This document shows positions 36,401 to 45,109 of a stretch of 45,109 bases of DNA, piece by piece (positions within the stretch are counted from its first letter, which is position 1; each line of letters opens with the position of its first letter). The DNA comes from Candidatus Haladaptatiplasma halalkaliphilum (GTDB lineage: Archaea; Thermoplasmatota; Thermoplasmata; Halarchaeoplasmatales; Halarchaeoplasmataceae), in the NCBI GenBank assembly GCA_019594055.1, contig JAFDTY010000003.1:1-45109 (forward strand), read 5' to 3'. The translations under genes and the position numbers were made by a program. The notes beneath the pieces were generated by a model. That model was not told the origin of the DNA. It made no database searches and saw nothing but the letters and a program-made list of their open reading frames with translations.

Positions 36401-39400
36401 CATATCGACCATGAGTTCGTCAACGCTATCCATCCTGAAGTCGTCGATGTACCATCCCTCACTGTCCTCTATCACACTGTCCCAGCCCACCACGAATCTC
36501 AAACGTATCACCTTTCCCTGGTAAGGAGAGAGATCGAATATTTCGTTACGCCAACCGATACTGGTCAAACCGAAGGCTTCGCTACCCTCCAGGGGATTCC
36601 CGTGACGACGTGATACGGATACCGGATAACCGGTGGTGGGATACAGCCGTTCCCAGTGCATGGTTTCATGGTCCCATATCTCCACCACGCCACCATCTCC
36701 GGGGCCCTCGAAATTGCTGCCGAACTCGTACCAGTGCCAGAAGGACATCTTGATATGATGCCCCATATCCACTGTATCGATGTAGGGTGATATCAATGCG
36801 GTGGTTCCCCCTCTGGGCCAACCCCCGCCTTCGTACCCACTCCACCATGAGCTCCCCCCCACGTGGTATTTCCGGCTAGTCAACTGCCAATCGTCGTCCA
36901 TTTCTATACCCTCCAGGCGTGTGTGTGTCCACCCCGGGGTCTGTTGGGAGAAATGGTTTTGATAGGGGCCCGTTACCGGTACTCCCAGTTTGATATTTTG
37001 ATGATCCTTTACATAAGGGTAGGTATCGGAGAATACCCTCAGCCTCACCGTCTCAAGTTCACCCTGTTCCATATGATGGGGAAGTGTTACATTGGCATAA
37101 AAGACGAACTGCTCGCCGGGGTCCAAAGGTCCCGTATCTCCTACCGGATCCCACGAGATGTCAAATAACTCCACGGTGGAGTGGAAATGAGTGGCCCATG
37201 TTATGTTGTAAACCTCGGGCAGCTTGCCCGTGTTCCCCACCACGATCACATGGGTGGTGGTCTCACCCGGGAGTGAACTCCTTTCCACATCCCCGGATAT
37301 GATCTCAACGTCGGGTATGGGGCCGCCCAGGTGGAGACCGTCGATGTACCAACCTTCCTTGATGCCACGTTCTCCCAGGTTCCACCCTACCCTGAATCTG
37401 AATTTCACGGTGAGACCGGTGTATTCGCTAACGGGGAAATTTTCTCTTTTCCACCCGGGAAACGTGCCGGTATATGCAAAGGCTTCCCTACCACCCAGTG
37501 GGTTTCTGTAAAGCTCGTTCAGAACCCTGTCGTAACCCCCTTCGGGGTGGATCTGCTGCCAATCACCACTTCGATTATCCCATATCTCAACTATTCCTCC
37601 GTCCATCACGGAGTACCTGGAACTCTCAAATGAGTACCAATGCCAGAAGGTCAGTTCCAGCTCTTCGTCCGCCCCGGTCAGGTCGAAGAAGGGTGTTTCC
37701 AGGGCCGTATCGCCGCCGCTAACCCATGTTGCGATCTCGGGGCCGCTCCACCACGAGTGGTCGCCTATGTAGGCCCGATTGGCGGATATATCCCAATTGT
37801 CCTCTATGCCCTCTCCGCTGATCCGGTAATGCCTCCAAGCGCCCTTGCCGTGTTCAATATCGTCGAAGTAGGGCAGGTTAAAGGGTATCATGGTGTAAAG
37901 GGTATGCTCCTCCACATGATCCGGATCGTTGCGTGAAATCAGCTTCAGCGTGTTACGGTCGAACTCCCCCGTTGCCGCACCCGAGGGGGGTATGACCTCT
38001 ATAATGACCCGGACCGTCTCCTGCGCCTTCACGGGACCTGTGTTATCCATGGGCTCCCATGCCCGGTTGTAAAGGTTGTACGTCCAGTTGGAATCTTCAA
38101 AGAAAAGGTCGAAAACGTCTTCATATTGCCCCAGATTGGTGACGGTAAGGTTGTAATATGCTTTACCGTCGACACCACAATAGTTACTTGACCTGTCCAT
38201 GGAACTTTCCGTGGCCACAGGTCTGAAGGTGGCATTGATGGTCACATCATCCACGTACCAACCCGCCCATCTGGTCACCGGGCCCGGCGAGCGTCCCCAG
38301 AAATGGAATCTGAACAATACAAGGTTGCCCACGTATTCCGTTAGATCGACGCTTCCCGTCAACCAACCGTTGCTGTTCTGGCCGTAGCATCGGCCCACTC
38401 CCGCCGCCGGATAGATGGTCTCGTTGTAGCCTTCCTCGGGTATCACGTATTTCCATGTATCACCCAGGTCCACTGAAACTTCCAGGTATCCGCCGTCGGC
38501 CCTGCTGTTACCGGGATTTACGCCCCATATGGAGTACCAGTGTTGGAAGCTTATCCGGGCGGAGGTCGCACCCCTGAGGTCCATAAGAGGTGAGGTAAGT
38601 GTCAGCTCACCGGTGCGGGTGTAATTGGAATGTATGTTCGTGCCCCAGCAGTTGATGCCGGAAGGGGTGTGGTCGGGTCCGTATTCGTACAACGAAGGGT
38701 CTCCGAGCTGCCAGTACGTGCCGAAATCGTTATCCTCGGCTATCCAGCCTCCGGGCCCGTGCTCCATGTCATCGGTCCAGTTCGGTCTTACGGGAACATA
38801 GATGCGCAAACCGGAGGTGAATGCTTTGGAGGGATCATTCCGCGAACCAAGCACGATAAAACCAGTTTCCGTTGCACCACCCTGACCACCACCCGTGACA
38901 TTTACCATGAGAGTTATGGGTACGGTGGATAGTCCGGGTAGTTCACCTGTGTCCACTAGACCATCGCCCACGGTGTCATTGAGTGGCACACCCGTTTCTG
39001 TAAAGTAGAACTGGTGTTCCCACCCTTGCATTGACCAGTATTCCATGCTTATCGTATCGTTAAGCCCACCCTTGTTGAACACCTCCAAGGGTATACGAAT
39101 ATCTCCCTCCGGGGCGGCGATCAGCTTTATCTCATGGGGGCTGCATCCTATCTCGGGTTCGGGTACGGTTATCATCAATGTCGTCTCGTTCTTTATACCG
39201 GTATCGTTGGTGGAAGTGGCGATGATCCTTATCATGGTGGAATAGCCGGGTTCCACATCCGGGGGTACGTATGCCCGGAGATAAATGACCCCGTGATCCT
39301 CCCTTGCTATCTCACCGGTCCCCCATACCGGACCCGTCCCGTCTTCGTGGTAGAATTCCACACTCCAGTTACTATCCGATTCGGCCGAAAGTTCAAACGT

Positions 39401-42400
39401 GTTGGGGGCGGAACCCAGGTTCCTTATCCTCAACATGTGCTCCGCCACAGAGCCCGAGGCACCGTTCGTAACACCTCCCGGATAGATCATCACATCTTCG
39501 TCTCTCGGCTGGAGCCAGGCCAGTATCCTCTTCATGAGCTCCTCCCTACTTTCAGGGGTGGCCACGGAAGCGAAATCAAAACCGGTATAAACGGTTCTGT
39601 ATCCGTTATCCACCATGGTCGCCACTGTTAGCCTCTCTCTCATACGGAACACCTCCTGTCCGTTCCCGGCTATCTCGCCGAACACTCCTATCTTATCCAA
39701 CCCTTCGAAGTACTCACCGTGCCTGCACAGTTCGATATCCAGCATATCACTTACGGGATTACCCTCTATACCGAACGCCGGGTTCGGAAGTAACCACCAG
39801 TTGTTTGCAAAGTAAGCAATGCTGTTCCTCACCTTGAAGCCGAAGTACAGTTCCATGAAATCCTCGTAACCGGCTTCCAGGGCCACATTGCCCGCACCCT
39901 GGCTTGAGAGATACAGTTTTCCACCTTTCCCGAGATAAGCGGCTATGGCGGCCCTCTCACGCTCTCCCAGAGGGTCCGTCCCCGACGGTGAAGTGGCACC
40001 CCTGTGGTTGCCCGTGAACCACACCACCGCGTCGTGAGAGTGCATGGCATCGGGGCAGGGCGGTCCCTGCTCTTCCGCAGCCCATAGATTGTAAGTGTAT
40101 CCGAGTTTGTCAAGGGCGCTCATGTACCAGTATCGTGAACCGATGCCACCGTCATCGTCCACCAGGAGTATGTCACCCCGAGCATATGTGTATAGGATCA
40201 TGTCCCGTTCGAGGGAATTGTCCCTATTCGAAATAATCCTCAGCTCGGTCCTCTCGGGCTCACTTCCCGCCTGGGTGCCGTGGGGTACGGTAACATTGAC
40301 TAATATCCATGAACCTTCGCCCTTTTCCACCATACCCGTATCCATGACCCCGCTGCCGCTGGTGTCCGAAAGTGGGTTCCAATCCGTATCGAAGAATCGG
40401 GTGTTCCAGCCATGGTGTGTTTCATATCGGATATCAAAGGTGTCCGCATCATTACCGGTATTTGTTATTTGGATAGCATAGGTATGGTCACCCCCCGGCG
40501 GGCCTGAACCGCCCATGGTGTGAACATCTTGACCTATACCGGCCTCGGATACGTAAAGATTCACATCGTCGATGTACCATCCCGGACGGGTGATACCCCT
40601 GCCCGAAGAGAAGAGCCACCTCAGAAAAACCGTTCCCTGATTGTACGAAGAAAGGTCGAAGGTATCGGTTATCCATCCGCCGCTACTGCCGCTGTAACCG
40701 TCCCCGCCCGACCCCCCGAAGTTACCGTTTGTGAAGGGATAGCCCCCTACCGGCTCTATTCTTTCCCAGGATCGGCCACTGTCAGTGGAAATTTCTACGA
40801 AACCTCCGTCGTAATAGACCTGGGTATCATACCAACCGTGGAAGGAGAGAAAAGCTGTCTTCACTCCGCCGAGGTAGAGAGGGGGTGAGACCAGGGCGGA
40901 TTCGGAATGTGCAATGTAGTTCGTGTCAAGGTTAGTTCCCCAGCAGTGCTCCCCCACTGCGGCATCCCTGGGCCCCGCCTGGGGTACACCCCTTTCCCAC
41001 CGGTTTCCCCAACCATCAGAGGTAGTCGTCCAGCCTTCATGGTGGATCTCGAAGTCATCGGCCCAGGGAGGAATAACGGAAACCACCGTATCCAGGATAA
41101 CTGTGGCTCTCACCGCCGGGTCAAGTGTGGATATCGCCGTAACGGTAAAACTGGAGCGTTCCAACTCGTGGGCGGTGGATGGGATGAGTACCGAAACCAT
41201 GATGTCCCCTGAACCCCCGGTAGATATACGGCCGGTATCCGGGTTACCGTTACCGGTGGTATCGGTCAGGGGGATGTGGTTCCTGTGGTAAAATTCCGCA
41301 TCCCAGTCTGCACCCTGGGTGATGATGTTGAAGGAGTCGGCTCCGTTGATACCGCTGTTCGATACCTTGAACGTATACTCGATACTCTCACCCGGTATCC
41401 CGTAACCGGTTTGCCGTACCGGTGATACACGAACCCCCACAGGGGGTCGGGTGAGCCATCCCATGACCCTTTTGACCGTATCCACCATGGCGAAAGTTTC
41501 GGTGAAGGAAGGTTCCCATGCAAAAAAGACGGTACGGTATCCCTCACCTTCGTGGGCTATTCCGTGGTAAGGGTAGGCCACACCGGGGCTTTCGATGACC
41601 CCGAAAGCCCCCTCGACGGGACTCAGCTCCGACGCATGATCCTCCCTCCTGTCCTCGTAACGCCAATGGGTTGTCACATATTCATCGAAACCCTCCATAA
41701 AGGTACCGAAGATACCTTTCACCGGATCGGCGGTGGCTTCCAGGTTAGAATATATGGCGGATACCCCCATGTATTTCCGTAAAAAATCGCTTCCGGATAG
41801 TTCATAGGCTCCGCTTCCGTATATATCGTAACCCACCAGTGGTCCCACCAGCCACAGGCTGCCACCACTCTCCAGGTAGGCACCAAGGTTTTCCATGTCC
41901 CGGGAGGTCAGCGTACTTTCCACCGTCCGTCTATAACCGTTGTAGCCCGTAACCCACAGCACCACATCGTAGCCATCCATCACTTCAAGGGGGGGACCGT
42001 AACCCCGGTATGGGACGACATAGGTCTCGAAGTCGTAACCCGCTGCGGTAAGAGCATCACTGTAATAGGTCTTCCTTGAAGGCTCCTCCACGCTCCTTCT
42101 TTCGTACTGGCCGTGGTTGTTGAGACTGTTATCGTCGTCCACCAGGAGCACGGTGGGTGACCTGGGTACGAAGAACGTAAAATATCTGCCGTCATTATCA
42201 TCGGTACCCGCGTTACCTGCCTTATCCGTTGATTCGACATAGAAGTAATATGAGGACAGTTCCCGAAGTTGGGAAATAACAACGGAATGTTCCATGGTGT
42301 ACCGTATATTTTCCACCACATCGTCAGGGGGTTCGGACATCCCGTATATAACCCGACTGGTCCCGGGCTCGTGGGTACTCCACGATATCTCCACTCTTGA

Positions 42401-44887
42401 ATGGGGCAGTTCCCTTGCCGTAACGTTCCCTATCTGAGGCGGTGTTACATCGATCCTGGCGGATGCCGTTATCTCACCGTTACCGTTGTTATCGTCAGTA
42501 TAGGTAACGTTTATCCAGTCGTTATCGAGTACCTCCAGTACCCCGTTACCGACGGTTGAATTCTCCTCCAGGACCAGTTCTATACTGCCGGTGAAAACTC
42601 CCGTTCCGGCACCCGATCGGGTCAGGGTCATCTCTTCCCTATCACCGGTGAGCTTACTGGTGATGTGAACCACAACGGTATCAGTGTCCATGTGGGTGTT
42701 CACAAAGGTGACCATGGGTTTCCCTTCGGTGTTGTAAACATCCCTGTCGAATCCTATCATCGGGTCACCCGAAGGGGGCATGTAACTCGCCACCAGGGCG
42801 AAATCCTGCTGTATTTCCGGGGTTTTCGGAACGCAATCCACGGGGATGTTGACCCCGGTGATGGTTATCACATACTCCCCCAACCTTAACTCCGAGGCAG
42901 GGATGTATACCGCCTCCAAATTGTTCTTGTCATCCCTTTCCAGGGCGTAAGGGTCTGACCAGCCATCGATGAACTGATTACCTCGAAAAACCCTTCCGTC
43001 GGGCCCTCTTACCGTGAGGTCAAGGTCGTTAACAAGGGCTGTCTGCGCGGCCGGTGACGCCGGAGGGTCGGTCCATGAAAGCACCACCTTCAAGGGTTCA
43101 TGGGTGGAGCCCACGTAAATGGTCCTGGAAACAGATTCACCTGTGGATATACCTTGAACCTGGTCTTCGTGATAAAAAATGCCTTCGGGCCGTACCGCAT
43201 TGGTAAGGTTCAACCTCCCCCAGCCCTGGTCAAAATCCGGTATGCCTCCACCGGACATATCCATGGCACCCGTCACCAAGGCCCCCCTGGTCATGGCCGG
43301 ACTGGGAGTCACCCCGTATTCCTGCCTGTAGTATTGTACAAAAACCGCGGAGCCCCCTGCCACATGGGGTGCCGCCATGCTCGTTCCACCCGACCATAGA
43401 TAATGTTCGTCGATAACACCCCAGAGAGAACTCGTAGCCAGATCCGAGCGTGCGGAAGATATCCAGGTTCCCGGTGCCACCATATCCGGCTTTATCCTAC
43501 CATCCGCAGTGGGTCCCCGACTGCTGAAGGACGCCATGTGGTCGATATTATCAGCGTTACTCCCCTTATCAGGCCGATAATTTTCCGAGGCACCCACGGT
43601 GATCACGTTTTTCGCAACTCCCGGGAAAGCTATGGTATATGGATGCGGACCCGCATTCCCCGCGGCAAAAACGGTTATCATGGACTGCTGACCAGCCTCA
43701 CCAGGCATACTATCCCGTACAAGGGCATCGTACTCGGCACATACTATATTGTAATCGCCTCCGCTGTCTCCGCCCCAGCTGTTGCTTGATACGGTGGCAC
43801 CTGCGTTGTAGGCATCCGCCATCATGGTGGAATAGTTAGGGTATCCCCAGCTTCCGTCGTCGTTGAAAATCTTCTGGGCCACCAGCTCGGAGGCAGGTGC
43901 AACCCCCATACCGTAAAGGTAACCGTCCGAGTCCTTTCTACCCGTGGTACCGTCACCGGCGATTATCCCGGCACAATGGGTCCCGTGGGCGTGACCGTCC
44001 GCGGCATTTTCCGTAGGGGTGTAATCGAAAAAATCGCTAACCCTCAGGTCAGGATGGATCACGCCACCCTGGCCCCCGGATATGCCCGTGTCCGCCACCG
44101 CCACACGAACGCCCTGGCCGTCATACCCAAGATAGTTGACGTATGATCCGGGGCCACCCCAGGGTACCCCCGCGGTCCAGTTGCCCCCCACTATCTCGGC
44201 GGACACCTCGTCAAGGAGCCCCATGGGTGAATAGGGTTCCATCCAGTACACATTGTTAAGGGCTGCCACATGGTGGATATGGGTAGTTCTCAAGGAACCG
44301 GATATACCGACGTAAAACCTGCTACTCCATACTTGGTAAAGGTTATCAAGACGCCTTTCGATGTATTCGAGTGTTGCGCCTGCATCCGTGTCGTCGAATA
44401 TCAGTATGGTTATATCACGCAGTTCATCCTCACCGGATAGAAGAAGGGGATGAACCTTGTACTCGGGCAGATATCCTCCGATCCACCTGACGGGCAAGGT
44501 ATCCATGGATCGTTGATGGATCTTCGATGCCTCGTTGGTACCCACAAGATATGTATTGTCGGGTATGTACTCATATATCACGAATCCCGCGTTGGCGATA
44601 CTTTGAAACCATTCGTTCCGGACGGGACCTGATAATTGCATCAGGTAATAATTTGTACCGTGTACGCCCGGGTGCACACTGTCCACATTCTCTTCTACGG
44701 GGTCGAATACAGATGATTTCAGGCGTATTTTCATGCTCTCGCTATCATGAACGTGCGCTTCAGGGCCGTCGATCTCGGACGTACCTACAACAAGGCCCAT
44801 CAGGTGTAGTGATGAAATGAATATGAGCAGGAACACCATCGATGTGATCGCTCTGTCACGGAGCCTATGGATCTTATCCGTTTGCAT
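33416..44887 (-). CDS. Giant (about 3,820 aa) secreted, membrane-anchored S8 protease/adhesin
   Basis: Signal-like segment; triad VADTG / HGTHCAG / GTSMAAP; KP-43-like C-domain; FN3; two LLVDDD alpha/beta domains; four jelly-roll domains ending GWY(I/V)D; Ig-like domains; PQQ/BamB-type beta-propeller; C-terminal TM. ATG 44887 is preferred; 44998 and 44962 are possible. Confidence 0.9.
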   Translation of the reverse strand: MQTDKIHRLRDRAITSMVFLLIFISSLHLMGLVVGTSEIDGPEAHVHDSESMKIRLKSSVFDPVEENVDSVHPGVHGTNYYLMQLSGPVRNEWFQSIANAGFVIYEYIPDNTYLVGTNEASKIHQRSMDTLPVRWIGGYLPEYKVHPLLLSGEDELRDITILIFDDTDAGATLEYIERRLDNLYQVWSSRFYVGISGSLRTTHIHHVAALNNVYWMEPYSPMGLLDEVSAEIVGGNWTAGVPWGGPGSYVNYLGYDGQGVRVAVADTGISGGQGGVIHPDLRVSDFFDYTPTENAADGHAHGTHCAGIIAGDGTTGRKDSDGYLYGMGVAPASELVAQKIFNDDGSWGYPNYSTMMADAYNAGATVSSNSWGGDSGGDYNIVCAEYDALVRDSMPGEAGQQSMITVFAAGNAGPHPYTIAFPGVAKNVITVGASENYRPDKGSNADNIDHMASFSSRGPTADGRIKPDMVAPGTWISSARSDLATSSLWGVIDEHYLWSGGTSMAAPHVAGGSAVFVQYYRQEYGVTPSPAMTRGALVTGAMDMSGGGIPDFDQGWGRLNLTNAVRPEGIFYHEDQVQGISTGESVSRTIYVGSTHEPLKVVLSWTDPPASPAAQTALVNDLDLTVRGPDGRVFRGNQFIDGWSDPYALERDDKNNLEAVYIPASELRLGEYVITITGVNIPVDCVPKTPEIQQDFALVASYMPPSGDPMIGFDRDVYNTEGKPMVTFVNTHMDTDTVVVHITSKLTGDREEMTLTRSGAGTGVFTGSIELVLEENSTVGNGVLEVLDNDWINVTYTDDNNGNGEITASARIDVTPPQIGNVTARELPHSRVEISWSTHEPGTSRVIYGMSEPPDDVVENIRYTMEHSVVISQLRELSSYYFYVESTDKAGNAGTDDNDGRYFTFFVPRSPTVLLVDDDNSLNNHGQYERRSVEEPSRKTYYSDALTAAGYDFETYVVPYRGYGPPLEVMDGYDVVLWVTGYNGYRRTVESTLTSRDMENLGAYLESGGSLWLVGPLVGYDIYGSGAYELSGSDFLRKYMGVSAIYSNLEATADPVKGIFGTFMEGFDEYVTTHWRYEDRREDHASELSPVEGAFGVIESPGVAYPYHGIAHEGEGYRTVFFAWEPSFTETFAMVDTVKRVMGWLTRPPVGVRVSPVRQTGYGIPGESIEYTFKVSNSGINGADSFNIITQGADWDAEFYHRNHIPLTDTTGNGNPDTGRISTGGSGDIMVSVLIPSTAHELERSSFTVTAISTLDPAVRATVILDTVVSVIPPWADDFEIHHEGWTTTSDGWGNRWERGVPQAGPRDAAVGEHCWGTNLDTNYIAHSESALVSPPLYLGGVKTAFLSFHGWYDTQVYYDGGFVEISTDSGRSWERIEPVGGYPFTNGNFGGSGGDGYSGSSGGWITDTFDLSSYNQGTVFLRWLFSSGRGITRPGWYIDDVNLYVSEAGIGQDVHTMGGSGPPGGDHTYAIQITNTGNDADTFDIRYETHHGWNTRFFDTDWNPLSDTSGSGVMDTGMVEKGEGSWILVNVTVPHGTQAGSEPERTELRIISNRDNSLERDMILYTYARGDILLVDDDGGIGSRYWYMSALDKLGYTYNLWAAEEQGPPCPDAMHSHDAVVWFTGNHRGATSPSGTDPLGERERAAIAAYLGKGGKLYLSSQGAGNVALEAGYEDFMELYFGFKVRNSIAYFANNWWLLPNPAFGIEGNPVSDMLDIELCRHGEYFEGLDKIGVFGEIAGNGQEVFRMRERLTVATMVDNGYRTVYTGFDFASVATPESREELMKRILAWLQPRDEDVMIYPGGVTNGASGSVAEHMLRIRNLGSAPNTFELSAESDSNWSVEFYHEDGTGPVWGTGEIAREDHGVIYLRAYVPPDVEPGYSTMIRIIATSTNDTGIKNETTLMITVPEPEIGCSPHEIKLIAAPEGDIRIPLEVFNKGGLNDTISMEYWSMQGWEHQFYFTETGVPLNDTVGDGLVDTGELPGLSTVPITLMVNVTGGGQGGATETGFIVLGSRNDPSKAFTSGLRIYVPVRPNWTDDMEHGPGGWIAEDNDFGTYWQLGDPSLYEYGPDHTPSGINCWGTNIHSNYTRTGELTLTSPLMDLRGATSARISFQHWYSIWGVNPGNSRADGGYLEVSVDLGDTWKYVIPEEGYNETIYPAAGVGRCYGQNSNGWLTGSVDLTEYVGNLVLFRFHFWGRSPGPVTRWAGWYVDDVTINATFRPVATESSMDRSSNYCGVDGKAYYNLTVTNLGQYEDVFDLFFEDSNWTYNLYNRAWEPMDNTGPVKAQETVRVIIEVIPPSGAATGEFDRNTLKLISRNDPDHVEEHTLYTMIPFNLPYFDDIEHGKGAWRHYRISGEGIEDNWDISANRAYIGDHSWWSGPEIATWVSGGDTALETPFFDLTGADEELELTFWHWYSFESSRYSVMDGGIVEIWDNRSGDWQQIHPEGGYDRVLNELYRNPLGGREAFAYTGTFPGWKRENFPVSEYTGLTVKFRFRVGWNLGERGIKEGWYIDGLHLGGPIPDVEIISGDVERSSLPGETTTHVIVVGNTGKLPEVYNITWATHFHSTVELFDISWDPVGDTGPLDPGEQFVFYANVTLPHHMEQGELETVRLRVFSDTYPYVKDHQNIKLGVPVTGPYQNHFSQQTPGWTHTRLEGIEMDDDWQLTSRKYHVGGSSWWSGYEGGGWPRGGTTALISPYIDTVDMGHHIKMSFWHWYEFGSNFEGPGDGGVVEIWDHETMHWERLYPTTGYPVSVSRRHGNPLEGSEAFGLTSIGWRNEIFDLSPYQGKVIRLRFVVGWDSVIEDSEGWYIDDFRMDSVDELMVDMDQGEDFYGLRGQRDVVAGRLHLSAPDSTIILEDLELYLAGTGRDADVETVLLYLDMGGDGQLDPDHDILLGKAGFTRKRANFPSVDLVIPQGESRSLLAVFNISEYAPSGILLGTKIVDVKQFGIAFPDRVGDLYEMRSPSIVVRGDDTSPKVISTYPGDGDRAVALRPSITVEFDKTMCPLSVERGISFYQGYVEWPRLPFSLSWDGEKTEFTILPDRPLDKNTTYRLALNASYLKDLYDNFLDGNGNDVFEGHPVDTYMWSFTTATTLEYDVFPPHVVLTVPSDTSVSIKPDTGVVVVFNESMDTTSIPYLEQTRGTDPGGWNFAGWSTTHNVNDTASWTHHPWSKGMEVTLEITDYRDLAGNTGEPYNWNFRTYFTPYESAWPVFKHDTGRTGQSPYDTSDNPGQLEWSFSTLGSLTMQPVTGIDGTIYVGDHAGYIYAVSPGGETIWMLDLGNGSLLASPAVGLDGTVYVGSFDGNLYAVDTDGIVKWSYPTGGPINSSPALGSDGSIYIGSFDNYIRAIDTDGNLIWEYETGGPVSSSISLDGNGTLYAFSFDGNLYALNRYGNLVWRYDTGYHAWSHFSPVVSKNGTVYFDLSISEKSRVYVIGESGTLLNEITLDGTLCTSPSLSYHGTVYMGVLTGQQEGLLYALDGDGTVKWTYQVNSISEITLAGDGSIYVGSGELHSVNPDGTVRWTSPSPYMYSDGYFGSPVISMYGTIYVTYSPGYLFALGHDRSPPTSAADPLDELGTHTNNRTVSIPFTAHDNHRLLAVELYHRREGGPWRYSNISKEISGPSYTGTIEFTAREDGFYQFLTLAVDAAGNREDKAFIAEGVITIDTVTPGIVSIHPPPGSRGVRVDMPLVVTFDEPVSPSTVTINLRCETGVVNGTWYISSNHEVLTFVPQGHLERNTTYTVKLGVADPAGNRLEMEWNFTTDVTHVRELDSDLFPLVVVLITALCGVALLFCKKGDVRRKNSVKIKPLEDYQDEYFGW

Positions 44888-44996
44888 CTTCGCTACACCG
44901 GTATCATGATAATTAGGAGTCCATGTTAAAAAAGGTTGTCCATGATATACGGTGTCTGACATTTTTGGCTGAATAAAGGGGTAAATGAAGTAAAAC

Positions 44997-45012
44997 ATTT
45001 ATATATTATAAG
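44997..45012. promoter_or_regulatory. AT-rich TATA region between divergent secreted-protein genes
   Basis: TTTATATATTATAA reads as a TATA box on either strand. Confidence 0.5.
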
Positions 45013-45057
45013 TGTTTTTCTTACGTCAGACAGAAATTAAAACGGAGGTTGTTAACA

Positions 45058-45109
45058 ATGAAAAAAGGAAAAATATTGAGCATGATGTTGGCGGTTGCCC
45101 TGGTATTAT
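45058..45109 (+). CDS. N-terminus of a secreted protein, truncated by the window edge
   Basis: GGAGGT SD at 45044-45049, then MKKGKILSMMLAVALVL (basic n-region plus hydrophobic h-region). Confidence 0.7.
   Translation, partial: MKKGKILSMMLAVALVL

Overview
Archaeal chromosomal segment. The gene set (gatE, dph2, rps6e, eif2g, type II map, XPD-like helicase, PolB, a stand-alone 5S rRNA) and BRE/TATA promoters point to Thermoplasmatota; this is inferred, not classified. About 29 CDS: housekeeping and translation genes in the first 19 kb, then two very large membrane-anchored KP-43-like S8 proteases (about 1,830 and 3,820 aa) flanking a KaiC-like ATPase / coiled-coil zinc-ribbon / TPR cluster, ychF and polB. 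The best finding is not in the ORF track: a solitary 5S rRNA gene (minus strand, 8291-8523) with its own promoter and U-rich terminator, carrying a structured insertion of about 100 nt, placed back-to-back with a beta-CASP ribonuclease. Other signals: a 61-bp hairpin-rich tandem repeat, a perfect palindrome on the promoter of a CARF-like HTH regulator, and a missed 55-aa ORF. No CRISPR array, transposase, integrase, tRNA or intein was recognised. All family calls come from motif recognition by eye; no searches were run.
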